A DNA stretch of 64,000 nt, taken from the NCBI RefSeq assembly GCF_024521635.1, contig NW_026250451.1:1-64000 (forward strand). The letters run 5' to 3'. The notes beneath the pieces were generated by a model, which saw nothing but the letters and a program-made list of their open reading frames with translations, ran no database searches and was not told where the DNA came from. Made by a program: the position numbers and the translations under genes. Source of the stretch: Tricharina praecox (taxonomy: Eukaryota). Positions 22,593 through 35,653 of the stretch are shown here, one piece after another; the stretch's first letter is position 1, and the number at the start of each line of letters is the position of its first letter.

Positions 22593-25500
22593 GCACGGCT
22601 GCTCATGTCGAATGGAGCCATCATAGGACGAAAGAGAGTGCAGCCACTAGCAGTGAGGACTAGCCCCGGCAGCTAGAGCCTCTAGAGTAGAATCCCCACC
22701 CTGCCTGCCCGCCTCGCCTCGCCTGGGCTGCCGGCTAACGATAGATGATAGCTGATTGATTGACTGATCGATATCGCATCCAGCTGCGACAGGGGATGGG
22801 AGTTGAGGGAGGTGGCCGGGGGAGGTGGCCGGGGCCGGGGAGGGGATGAGGGGCAGCACGACAGCACCGTGCCGGGATGGCACCGACAACCAAGCAGGGA
22901 GGAAGGCCCCACACACACGGACGGGGGAAGGTGTGAGGGGAAAACAGCAAGAGGGTGTGTGGGTGGGTGCATGCGGATGATGCATGTGTGTGGTGTGGTG
23001 TGTGTGTGCTCCCCCGCTCCGAGCAAGGCCTTTCGTCTTCTGGCATTTCTGGCCAGGCTCGATGGACTGCTCTCTATCGGTATGCACACACGGCCACCAC
23101 CACCACCAGAAATCTATTATTACCTCCCCACCACCACCAAAAATCGACGCGGGACTTCGAGATCACAGTGCAGTGCAGCTGCTGCACGAGAACCCTGTCT
23201 CCCGTGCTTTCGCCGTAGAGTAGTCTCGCCGACCGAGCGAGCGACCGACCGATATCGATATGGACATGCAGGTTGCGGCCTGCAGAGAGAGAGGTGACGA
23301 CAGTAAAAATAAAAAACGAGTGGGCTCTACCTGGGCTCCAGGCTCTGGGATGGATTGAACCTCAAGTTCGGGATTCGGCCGCCGTGGGATCATGCGGGCG
23401 GGAGGGGTTTCTCGGGCTTCGGCTGTGAGATGTCGGGAGATACGGTACTCTACTCTATCGAGGCGCATGAGTGGAGAATAATCCGTGTCGGTATGTTTCC
23501 AGAGTGTAGAAGTGTGGACTCGGTTACGGGTATGTAGAGAATGTACCGTGCTCCACCGGGGGCATACGAACATACGAACATACGAGCATACCGGCATACC
23601 AGCACATGGTTGCATGCGCGCGGATTGGCGTTCGATATTGCGGTACGGAGGGTAGCCACTGTTTGCCCTTCCTTCCCTTCCTTCCCTTCTCTCTCCTTCG
23701 TTTACTCGTTCCTCTCTACATTCCACCAGAGTCCGTACCTCATTGAGAGCCGACCCCATCTCGGATTCCACATATTCCAGCACTTTTGCACTTCCCCTCT
23801 CGCTCGCTCGCTTGGAGCGTTCCGGCCCTCGAGGCTTGAGGCTTGAGGCTTCGTCTCGTCTGGGCGGCGCGGGAAAAGCCTAAAGGGCCAACGGATCGCT
23901 GCATAAGAGCATAAGGGCAAATGGGCATAAGGGTCCATCTCTTCGCTGGCTGGCTGGGCTGGCTGGCTGGGCTGTCTGAACCCCGCTCGCCAAATCGGGT
24001 GATGCACGCCCTCAGTGCTCAGTTAAATGCAGCTAATACTTTTGTCCCCTCCCCTCAGTCTGAGTCTGCACATAAGATTCGAAGCCGTTAGCCTCTCCTA
24101 CTCATAGCCATTCGCTTAGCTGCAAATACTACTTTTTTACAGTGAGTGAGACAAGCCATATGCATATGCACATCTACTATGCAGATAACTATGCAGCGAT
24201 GGGTTATGTTATGTTAGTTATGCCCTCAACTTTCAAGGCTCGGTCAAATGACAGCTAATATGGACCAAAACAGATAACAGCAGCTATTAATAGCACCCGG
24301 CCGCGCAGTGAGCGAGATATGGAAATGTCCGCAAATATCTCCCCCGGGAGGGAGGGAGGGGAGTGGGAGCATAAGTGTGTCACGCCCGCTCTACTACCGG
24401 GCTAACTGGGTTGGTAGCTGGGTTGATACTCCAACTGGGTTGGCCGGTGGGATGGCATGCATGCCATGAATGCATGCAGCCAATTCGGGAACCACCCATC
24501 CCCCCATCCCCCCATCCCCCCATCCCCCCATCCCAGGCTCCCACCACCACACCCACATCCACACCACAAGCACCGGCAGAAAAACATTTGCAACAATAGC
24601 CGTACTCCTCTACTCTATGCATAGAGTAGGAATCTAAAAAGACTTATGCCTGATTTGTTGTGATGGATTGGGACGGACAGGATGGACAGGATGGGATGGG
24701 GTGGACGGAATGGATGGAATGGAGGGGATCGTCCCGTGCCGTCGATCGTCGACAGCCAGCCATCCAACCATCCAACCAGCCGAATCTGTCTGCCAGCCCC
24801 AAAGCCCGAAGCTCAAACGGATTTGCTCGTCCGTGCTTGTCCGTGATCGTCTGTCCTTCTCTCTGCTTGGTCCTTGGCCCCAGCCGTTTCCCTTACGTGC
24901 AGAAGAGAGACACGGCGGAGGCGGACGAGTGGCACGTATTCGGATCAAACGAGAAACGTTTACGGACGGTTTTACTACGGCATGCAGTACCCAATTCAAG
25001 ATGCTGAGAAATCGTTTATTCGTGGTCATCACCTCCGTGGCTGGAAATATACCGAATTCGAGGTCATCCCTCCCCCTCCGTCCAGCCAGCAAGACGGAAC
25101 AGATCTCCCCCACACCACAACCCTATGCGATCGCCGCTGTCGGTGTGGCTGGGATCCGCAAAGACCCAAAAAAGAAAAGAAAACAGATGCAAGATCACCA
25201 TGGTCACACACGCCACACTGCTGATGCGATACCCACCTCCCACCTACCTCCTAGATTCATATGCTGAGTGCTGAGGAATAGAGTAGAGTAAGTATGCATG
25301 CAAGCCTTTGCCGCCGAGCACCCCAGGTCCCCAACAGCCAACCCACCGACCAACCCACCGACCAACCAACCATACATGCCATATTTACATACATCCACAC
25401 GGCCCAGACCTGGATCTGGATCTGGATATGGATACTCTATCGTCAGCAGCAGCGGTAGGCGGTGAGCAGTGGGCGGCAAGAGTCGCAAATGTCTGCAATT

Positions 25501-28500
25501 GTCTGCGATGGCGGTTTGTTGTAAGTTATATAAGTTGTGGGGAGTTCCCCCAACCCCCCGAGCGGCGATGAAGTGAAGCTTTTCGCTTTGCTTCGTTTCG
25601 GTTCGGTGCGTTTTGAGCGGCGAGACGGACGGAATGGAGGTAGGTATACACTCGGCACTGGCTGACATGAGAACAGACAGAGAGGAATATACTTACTTAC
25701 TTCAAGTTGGTTATTACGTCAAGCTGGTTACTGCTATACGTCTCGCCTGTTTGAGTATCGGAAGTTCGGAACCTTCATCGACGCGGCAGCCGACGGCGAG
25801 ACCGAGAGACACGCTCCTACACTACCTGCCGATTTACCTACACTACCAACTATACCTACACTACCTAAATCCGACACTACATCGGCTACACTACCGACAC
25901 ACCTAACTACTCGCCTATAATAGTCATACAAATACGAAATCCGTTAAGTCACCGGGATGGATCGTCTGCGGGATGGACCGTGTGTAGAGTTGGAGCGTGT
26001 GGACCGTGTGTCGTGTGGGGTGGGGTGGGGGTGGGGGGCCGACCGTCCTACTCTACACCAACCAACCTCGAAGCAATAGCAATAGCAACAGACATGACAC
26101 CAGCACCAGCATTCCGTCTCGTCCAAAGGCCGAAGCCCGAAGCAGAGAGTAACATGCACAACGAGGACCGGACCCCACACGGAAATGAAGATGACATCTA
26201 CATAATCTACCCATCCCGTATCAACGATTTGACGATCACATCGACTCGTCATTTCCTTTATCGGCTTGGATGGGGGCCATATGAGGGACAGGATGGGGGT
26301 TAGGATGAAAGACATGATGCTGGTCAGGATGAAGGCTAAGATGGGGCAAGCCTATTCGATTCAGCAAGTTCAGCTCGAGATTTACGGCCAGAGAGCGGTT
26401 CAGCACCAACCACCAACCACCAACCACCAACCGCCAACCACCCACCTCGAAGCCTGACGTGAGACCGCAAGATGCAACACTGCTCTCTCTCTGTCTGGGG
26501 GGCACACGGGGGTATGGGGGAAGGAGGGGTGGTACATACCACCAATTCCAATTCCAATTTCAACTCCCGGAAGCGTTCCGGACGGCTACCTACAGGAAGT
26601 TTGTTGGACCGGTTGGATTCGTTGGATTCGTTGGATCCGTTGGATTCGTTGGATTCCGGGAGGACTCCGGGAGATGCGCCGGTGGGTAGGACACGAGCAT
26701 GTTCTCTTTCTCACTCCCGACCTGGAGTGGAGCGACAAGCATGCTTCCGCATCACATCTACATCACATGCCCACACGCTGTCGCCGTCTCCTGGGATGGA
26801 CTCTGGAGGGCTTGCTTGCATCGTCTACGATGCGAGGCGAATACCCGCGCGGAAGTCGGGATATGGATAACTATGAATTACCCTAGCCGTGGGTGGATTG
26901 GAGGCCGGCAGCGAGAGGCAGGGGGGTGGAATTTACGTGATATCGCCGGCATGCACTCCGCCTTTCTGCTTGCCTGCCTGTCTAGCCGTTGGACTGGACT
27001 GGCCGTTTGATTGGACTGGTTGCTGCTGGACTGGACTGGCCGTTGGACTTCACGGAAGGGAGGGAAGGGGAGGGAAGGAAATGAAGCGAAAACCAAAAAC
27101 CAACGGATGATTTGTCGATTCGTTATTGCTGGACATACACACACACATACATACACACACGCATACACACACGCAATATCGACCGTCCATATCCATTCCT
27201 GCCGTGCGCGAGACGATACGATATGATATTATAGGATACGATAGGATAGGGCAAGCCAGGCGTACTTACGGTAGGTATGTACCTGCATATTGCGACTTTA
27301 CTCCACCACTCTATTCTCCTCTATCCACTGCCCTCCCCCCGCCCATCGCATGGGAATCCACGGTCCATGGTCGAAAGCACATACCGGGTATGTATGTACG
27401 TTCAGCTATGATGGAGCATTCAGCACTACAACGAGCAATCACTCTGCAGCCGGTGACCGTCCGTCCGTGCTCAGGTACATACATATCCCGCCGGACCCTA
27501 CCCTACCCTACTATGTACATACCCTATGGAGTATGTACATACAGTAGGTACAGTACGCAATCCATGCGCCGGTGATCAACCAGAACTCAGAAGTCGTTCG
27601 CTCGGTAGTTGTTCGCAACCCGCTGTCCGTCCGTCCATCTGATCCGAGCACCCTGCTCACGGTACCTGCCTACTCTACTCTAATAGTACTCGTACTCTAC
27701 AGCCTGCCGTATGTAGTGTTTTCTTCTTTTCCATCCCATGCCATCCCATCATCTTACAGGCATCATCATGTCCGCCGTGAGATTTTCGCCAGTCGAATCC
27801 AATCCAATCCAATCCAATCCAATCCCGGGCCCGTCCATGCGAAAGATAAATCACCTCATTCTCAACTCTCGAGCCCAATCAATCAATCAATCAATAAATT
27901 AATCAATCAATCTTTGTCCGGACTCCGCCTTGTCACGGTGTACTCTACTCTATCCTTCCTAACTTCCTTCCGTCCTTCCTTACCAATGAATTGAATTACT
28001 CCCTAGATAGGTGCATACATCCATACATACCGTATTCACTCCCATAAATTTCCATGTCCATACGATACTCGTTGCGTTGCCCTCTCTCCGTTCCCGTCCG
28101 TCCGCCCTGCATTCACAGTGCCCACCCTACCCTACCCATCCCATCCAAGAAACTAGCAGGTTCAACACAACCACATCATATCAGGCTCAATAACACCCCA
28201 ATCTCTCCAATCAAATCTCTCAGACTAAACCCCCTGCCCCCATAACAGGCAGCAACAATCACAATCACAATCGAGATTGATTCGAGATATGTAGAGTAGA
28301 TGCGATCATGTGTCAGGTGTTGACGCGATTTTTCCGACAGGCCGAGAGACGCGTGCGGGGGAAGTGGTTTGGTTGGATAGCACGATATGCCCTACCGCTT
28401 AGATTCGGCGCGGGGCTGTGCTGCCAACTCTACTCTACTCTACTCTACATTCTGCAGGTTATCATTTCATCGTGGAAAAAACTGCGAGGCAGAAAGAGAG

Positions 28501-30386
28501 AAGGCGAGAGAGGCACAGGAGAGAGGGGAAAGACGAATCCAGAGCCCCGCCAACTGCCCTATCGCGATACGTAGAAATGCGGAAGGTGCACACACACACT
28601 GCGTGACGGACGGGTGCTCAGCAGCACTGCACTTGCGCAGGGAAGCACTTGCCGAAGAAGACTATAAAACCAAACCACTCTAGAGTCTACCGTAGTTTGG
28701 TTAGTTAGATAAACTAAAGCTAGGACTTCCCCGAGCCGACGACGCGAAGCACGCAAATCAAATGTCTGTGCGTGCAAGGGAAGGGGAGGGAAGGGACGGG
28801 GAGGGAAGGGAGCGAGGGAGCGAGGGAGGGGATACTCCCGCGCTGCTGCATGATGCCGTCTGTCTGTCTGTTCGCCGCCGCGCCGCCGCGCCGCAGTTTT
28901 ATCATATCGCATCGCATTAGTTGCTCTGCTCTAGGTGCTCTAGTGGGGCCGCGGGCGCGCTCGTGCTCGTGCTCGCCTCGAGCCCGGAGACTGGCATCGT
29001 CAGCATCGTCATCTTCTTCTTCATCATCCACCTCACACCGGGTACCCTCGTAGTGCAGCCAGCACCCTGCACCAAAGTCTGCGAGGATGTTCTCTGTTCT
29101 CTGCGAGCACCCGTCCCGTCCCACGAGCGATGGAGACGTCGATGTCGCCGTCGCGGCCCGCAGGTGAGGAAGATCACGGGTTGCGAGGACGATGCGAGGT
29201 ACTATAATCACAGGGGATGTGTACTTCCCCCATCCCTTCCATAGGTACATGTGTACATGTGCTGCCTCTCTCCTTTTTTTCCCGTCCGGTAGTTGGCAGC
29301 GGACGAGACGAGACGACGATGTTAATTGGGTGTGTCGACGATCTGTGACGTGAACAGAATATGGATATTGTGAGAGAGTGAGAGAGTGGGGCACACCGGA
29401 TACGAAGTCTCACGAGCGGACGACGGCTGGCCACTGGCTAGAGCAGGTACAGTACTGGGCCAAACAGGACCGTCCGACGCGAATCGAGAAGGAACAAGCC
29501 AGGAAGGAACAAGCCAGTCAGAGGACAGACAGGTCGGGTCAGTTGATGCGAAACCGAACCGGTCTCCACTGCGAGCAGCTTCTGTCTCCTCTTTCGATCT
29601 CCAGTTGCTTGGGACTAGCAGCAGCAACTACCCCTCTTCCTCTGAGCTCCCCCTCGGTTGCTCGACGGAAGGATCCGACCCTAAGAGTGGGCCGGACTAG
29701 TCGGCTAGCCTGGACTCTGGAGAGAGAGAGGGAAAGCCCAGCTCGGCAATCCGATTGGACGGCGGCGCGAGATTGGCACGCCCCAGTGTCGACGGTCCGT
29801 TCCATTCGTTGCGGACGTCCACGAAAAATGAGGAGCGACGGACGTTCGATTCCTCGCCTTCGGTGAGGATTGGCGGAACCTCCGCTGGCTAGCCAACCAA
29901 CTACTCACTTGGCTGATGTGATGTGATACCGTAGCAGGCCTATCGTATCAGGTTTTAGGCATACGAGAGAAAGAAGAGAAGAGAAGAGAAAAAATAAAAT
30001 AAAATCCGTTGGTTGGCTCAACTCATGATCGACGCCCTTCATCTTAGCGAGTCCAGACCGCCGTATGCACATATGTAGCATGAAGGCCGAGTCGGAGTCG
30101 AGGGTGTGGAGAGAAGGTGTGTGGTGGAGAAGATATGTGTGGTGACGACGGTGTGTGGAGGAATCGGTGACTATTCGGAGGAGTCGGAGACCACCACCAC
30201 GACTCCACGAGAGCTATGCACCTGCGCGGGGAGGGGTTCCAGGCTATGAAAAGCATCGGCATCAGCGTGCATCAACCCTCCGCACTCCACTCTTTTCTTA
30301 GCATAAAGCAGACAGACAGTCGTGAGGAAAGAATGGGGAAAAAAAAGCAAGGAATATTCGAAAACCCGACGGCGATTCGTAAAGTA

Positions 30387-30840
30387 CCCTGACAAAAAGG
30401 ATTGGACAAAGCCCGTTTTACACCAAAAATGCCCATTTTCATGCAACCCAAACATACCTCCACCTGGTCGAAAAAAATTGTCTCTTTCACAGAAGCGTTA
30501 GAATCACAAGCTTCTTCATCAATAAAAACTTTGACGACTTTCATCATGGAGTGGGGCTGTACGACATTGTATTGTGCAGGAGTTGAAAAGTGATATTACA
30601 TTTTGTATAGGGCTCCCATACAAAAAGCTACTTAGCAACCATTAACTTTTGCCCCGTATGGTATTTCTCCGCGACAACAATTCAGAACTCCGTGAGGAGC
30701 TCCCATATCGCTGTCGGTGTAGTTATAGAGGTCTCCCGATGGCCTCTGAATTTTTTCGATACGTTGTGGTTGTTGTATCGGTGGTTGAAAATGGCCATTT
30801 TTGGTGTAAAATGGGCACTGTCCAATCATTTCTGTCCTAG
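30387..30840. mobile_element. MITE / non-autonomous Tc1-mariner-type DNA element with TA target-site duplication
   Basis: The left end TA-CCCTGACAAAAAGGATTGGACAAAGCCCGTTTTACACCAAAAATGCCCATTTTCA matches the reverse complement of the right end, TA-CTAGGACAGAAATGATTGGACAGTGCCCATTTTACACCAAAAATGGCCATTTTCA, over about 55 bp. TA sits at 30385-30386 and 30841-30842. The interior is AT-richer and non-coding. Confidence 0.8.
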
Positions 30841-33370
30841 TACTGTACATATGTGTGATACAGTACGGTTGGGCCGGCTCTAATTTCAGTTCGTACTGCG
30901 TCGCTGCTGCTGCAGTCTGAACACGGATGGACATAATCCTCCACACCGCATCTCCCATCCGAGCGAGCGACCGAGCGAGCGATGGATCGACTGAGTGGGC
31001 ACAGGTACTCTAGACGGGCGCAGGTAGGTCGGTAGCTAGGCGCATCACCAGCGGGGTTGAAAGCGCGGCGGCGACTGGATCGTTTATCGTTTAGCGATAT
31101 CGCTGGCTAGCGTAGCCCGGGAAGGGAGCGGCGAGAATGGCGATGATGGATGATGGAGGAGTTGGGGCTGTATTCAACTTCGAGGAGCCATCTCATATGG
31201 CTCGCCTCCGCTGCCTACAACGTTCGGTGTCACTCGATCCGGCTTGTTCGGCCATCACCACCATTCGGATCCACCGATTCGACTAGCCCCTCCACCTATC
31301 TTATCTGATTCCATCTATCCTCCATATTCTCCTCTCATGGTGACGGCAGACAACACCGGCGGCAGTCACGCATATACCTAGTATAGGTACTATTATAATA
31401 GACATCCGCCCCGCGCGCGCGAACACCTCTTTGAAGTGCTCTCCAAGCTCCAGTCCATGATCGCGCGCGCGGGCCGGTTGAGGAATGTTTGTTTTCTGTC
31501 TGATCATTGATCGTATGCGACTGAAAATGCATATCATGGCAGTAAATCGCATGTGACCGATAGATCATGCCAATATCCGGTTTGGGAATGTTGATGCGCC
31601 GTGCGGCAAATTGCAATTTGGAAAACAAAAACGAGTGATGGGGCTGCGAGTGATGGGAGCGGATTGGGCTGGAGTGGACTGGGCTGGAGTGGACTCGACG
31701 GACAGGAATATTGTTGAGGGGGTGCGCTTGTTTGGATTTCGAGTACCTAGTGTAGACGGTGGCGAAATTCCCCCCCCTCATCCGCCCCTCCCCCCTCATC
31801 ACCCCCCTCATCACCCCCCTCATCAGCCCCCTCATCACCCCCCTCATCGCGTATTGACAATCACGCATTAACATCACGCATTGACAATCAATCTGTCTGT
31901 CTGCGCCTCTATCGCCGAGTTGCGGGACATGTTACATGCTACTAGTAGTAGGGCCCACATGCCTACATACATCCCCAGCTACCTACATACCTAGGTTCAT
32001 TCATCGCAGCGAGTGCGCGCAGACGCGGCGCATGGACGCGGATGCGGATGAGGATGCGGATGTGGTTCGCTGCGGTATGGATTCCAGGCATGGATTTCAG
32101 GCATGGATCCGAGATGATCCATCCACGTCCACGTCCGCGGAGGACCGCGAAGGATGGAGGATGGACATACTCCAATACATTCGCTATTTGTGTTGGTGGC
32201 GACGTCCAATATCCACGTTGAGCGAGAACCTGTGACTGGTTCTGCCATTCTCGCCCTCGGAAAACAGATCATATCCGCGACGAGCACACGATTAGGCAGG
32301 TAGATTGTTCGATAATTAAATGCAAAAGAAAAAAGAAAAAAGAAAAAAGAACACTCAGAAGCGTGAAGCTTCTCGATTCGGGTTACGAACTCAGGAAGTG
32401 GCGACGAAATGTCCGCCTAGTACCGGTATGTAGAGTAGAGTAACCAGCCCGAGTGCAACTCCTCGCCTCCGCGTGCATTGCGAATCCCTTTTCACTCATC
32501 CCGTCGCCATCCCGTCGCCATCCCGTCGCCATCCCTTCGCCATCTCGCGTTACCCTCGTTACTCTCGTTACCTATTGCACTCTGGAGCAGGTAATTAGAG
32601 CTGAGCAGGCCTAGCAAGACGAGACGAGACGAGACCAACAAGTTGACATCCATGTCGCCAGTTAGTAGTTAGTTAGCAGCTACGGTATCGCATCACCGGA
32701 GCTTGCCACCCCCCCACGCGCGCGAGGCGAGTGCGGGAATGCAAGCACTAGTTGTGCCCTCTCGTATTGGCATGGCATGGGCGGGGGGCGAGGGGGGAGG
32801 GGGGGAGTCACGCACTCTCACCCTCACTCTCACTCTTTGCACCTCTCGGGCATGTGTGTGTGTGGGAGGGGGGGGGAGAGGGGGCACGTGTCGGCGCCCG
32901 TCGGGAGAATTCGCGGAGCATGCCGCGTTGGTTGGTCGGCTGGCTGCTCTAGTCCGCCCGCCATCCAGCCACCGGGGGCCACGCGTGGGCGAGAGGCGGC
33001 GAGACATCCAACAAATACAGCAACAGCAGCAACATCACAAACGGCATCCGGAGAGTACGTTAGGCCCCATACGGCGCGACCGACATCGGATGCTGGGAGA
33101 ACAGCCCCGGTAGTGGTCGGGTTCGAAATCGCGGCTCAGCTGGAGGCTGGACGCTGGAGGGGGAAAGGAGGTACTGCTACATAATTGTTGAGTTTTGCTA
33201 GAAAATAGGTAGAAATGGAGGCGGGGATGCGGCTAAGGGGACGGGGATGAGGGGGCTGGCGGGCTGAGGTGGGTTGTCAACACCGGGGATGATCGGGGAT
33301 GATCGGGGATGAGCGGGGATGATCGGGAAGGAGCGTCGCGATGGACGGCGGTGGTTGAGACTCGGGAGTA

Positions 33371-34005
33371 GGAAGTCACGGGATTGACGGAATGTGATGG
33401 GAAGTGACGGGGAATGCGGAGAGGAAAGGTGGTGGTAATCATAGGTTGGCACTCTGTGTTTAGTACAATTGGTAGGCAACCGTGACTTGGAAACCGTGGC
33501 TTGAACATTGGAAGTCTCCATTCAACACACCCTGCGTAGTCAACTGTAACTCGGATATAAGAATCGTCCACTCTCCACACTCTACGCACTAGTCAACCGT
33601 GACGGTGACTTGAACATTAGAACATTATATCTCCACTCACACCCATCTCGACTCGCCATCGACTCTCGTATATGATTCCGAGCCAAATCTCGCAGCGAAG
33701 ACTGCACCGACAAGACACCGAGATCCGACAACACCCTGGGTGAGAGTGGGAAGTCACGAGATGTGATGGGGAATACGTGAAAGATGATTACAATCATGGA
33801 CTATCACCCTACGTAATCAACTGTGGCTTGGAAATTGGAAGTCTCCATTCACATCCACTGACGGTGCTCGCTTCCAGCAGCCTCCCAGCCTTCGTCAACC
33901 CACCATTGACTCTCGTTCACAACACCACAAAACCCCTATGATTCCGAGCCAGATCTCACCAGCAGCGAAAAATGCACCGATCCCACACCGAGGTCCCAAC
34001 ACCCA
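33371..34005. repeat. Degenerate tandem duplication (two copies of about 300-380 bp)
   Basis: Blocks GGAAGTCACG...TGTGATGGG, ATTGGAAGTCTCCATTCA and TATGATTCCGAGCCA.ATCTC...TGCACCGA...ACACCGAG each occur twice in the same order. Confidence 0.75.
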
Positions 34006-35653
34006 TGGACTGCTTCGCATCCAAAAGCGGTCCGCAAGCTCGCGAACGGATGGGAGGTGATAACTCGCCGTCACTGCGATCACTACCGCTACTCATCCAG
34101 AGTACCGGTAGTTCCCGTGCCCAAAGGCCAAAGGACAAAGCTTAGAAACCGTGCCGCGCCACTCCCGATCGCGCGGGTTGACGCACGCACGCACTATCAC
34201 TCATACTTCCGAGCCACCGCTCGGGTTTTTTTTGTTTAATCATCATTAAATTTCGACCTTATTAGATCATGGTAGATTACTTAAACGGTCGCCAAGAGCT
34301 CGATATCGGCTCCCTATTGCTCCCCGCCCAGCCACCGCTCGTATGAATATGTATATGGGCGTTGGGACTCTCTAGGGCACTCGAGCGGGTGGAGAGGTGA
34401 GAGTAGGAGGAGGAGAAGGGCGCTGAGGCTGAGCAGTCGGAGGTTGACGCCTATTCTTTGCCACAGGCGTGGCGTGCGAGCGGTTTGGTAATATCGATCC
34501 TACAGGCTGCAGTTGATGAGGACTGCGTCTCATCGCTGTACCAGCTCCATTCCCCTACCCAATCCTGACAACGTAAGCTGCAGCATTCCCGGGGGGGCAC
34601 CCAGCCGGGCGGTCACGTCGAGTGATGCGATGAGCACAGCGTCATGCGCGATCACACGGAATTCTTACCACCCTGCTGGATCGCTTTGGATGAAAATTGG
34701 GTTTAACAGCGGCTTGGAAACGGTGTATGTGTGTTTTACTATGATTTACCTATCTAGCTAGGCCGCATGTAATTAACTACCTACGTCATCTACGGCACGA
34801 TGAAACTAGAAACGGGAAATGGAACAGTTAATGCTCGTTCTGCTGGTCCTGCCGGTGCACCGAGTGCTGCTCTGACATTAACATCCTACATCCTACGTAC
34901 ATACATCTACATCTAGAGTAGAGGTCCCGGACTCCCAGCGGTTGGCTGAGCTGGGCTGATCACTGATAACCACGTTACGTGCGTATCTGTAGCTGGGCTG
35001 TGGGGATGTTGGCAATGTTGCAATGTTGGAGTTAGAGGCCGGTATCGGCAGGCGCGCGGCAGGTGTTACGTGCTCACTCACCGATCAGGCCGGCCGCTGG
35101 GTTTGGTGGGTTGGGTTGTTTGTGTTTTTCTCTTTGCGTGTTGCGTTTTGCACGGCAGGACTCAGGAGAAAGGGATGCGGCATCAATAGTGATAATGATA
35201 ATGATACTAGTAAAATGTGAAGTAAAGTAAAGTAAAAGTACAATCGAAGATACGCCCCGCCCTCGTGGCTGTCCCGTCAAATCCTCCCATCCGATTCCTC
35301 CCCCTATCCTAATCCCAATGCCAATGCCAATCCTGTTTCCTCCCACAGCCCGTGCCAATCCTGTTTCCTCCCACAGCCCGTGCCAAACCCATCCACCATA
35401 CTCCCATTCCAATTCAGTCATCCAATCCGTCATCAATCCGTCCCGCCCCAACCATCCCATCCATACCCAACGTGCCAAAACTCCATAAACCAAAGCCAAA
35501 GCCCAAACAAGTAACCGACAACCAAAAAGAAAAGTCTCAGAACCGACGCACATAACCACCCAAACAAACAAACAAAAGAAAATGTAAAGAAAATTGAACA
35601 AAAAAAGAGATTTAGAACAACGCGAGTAGATACAAAAGCGCCAACCCGGCTAG

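Noticed and set aside
33105..33140. tRNA-like TAGTGGTCGGGTTCGAAATC
   Set aside because: The A- and B-box-like words are adjacent, with no cloverleaf or acceptor stem.
21130..35601. Many short ORFs upstream of pro1, e.g. 21803-22663 and 28720-29394
   Set aside because: Repeat-driven or compositionally random, with no domain motifs or coherent exon structure.
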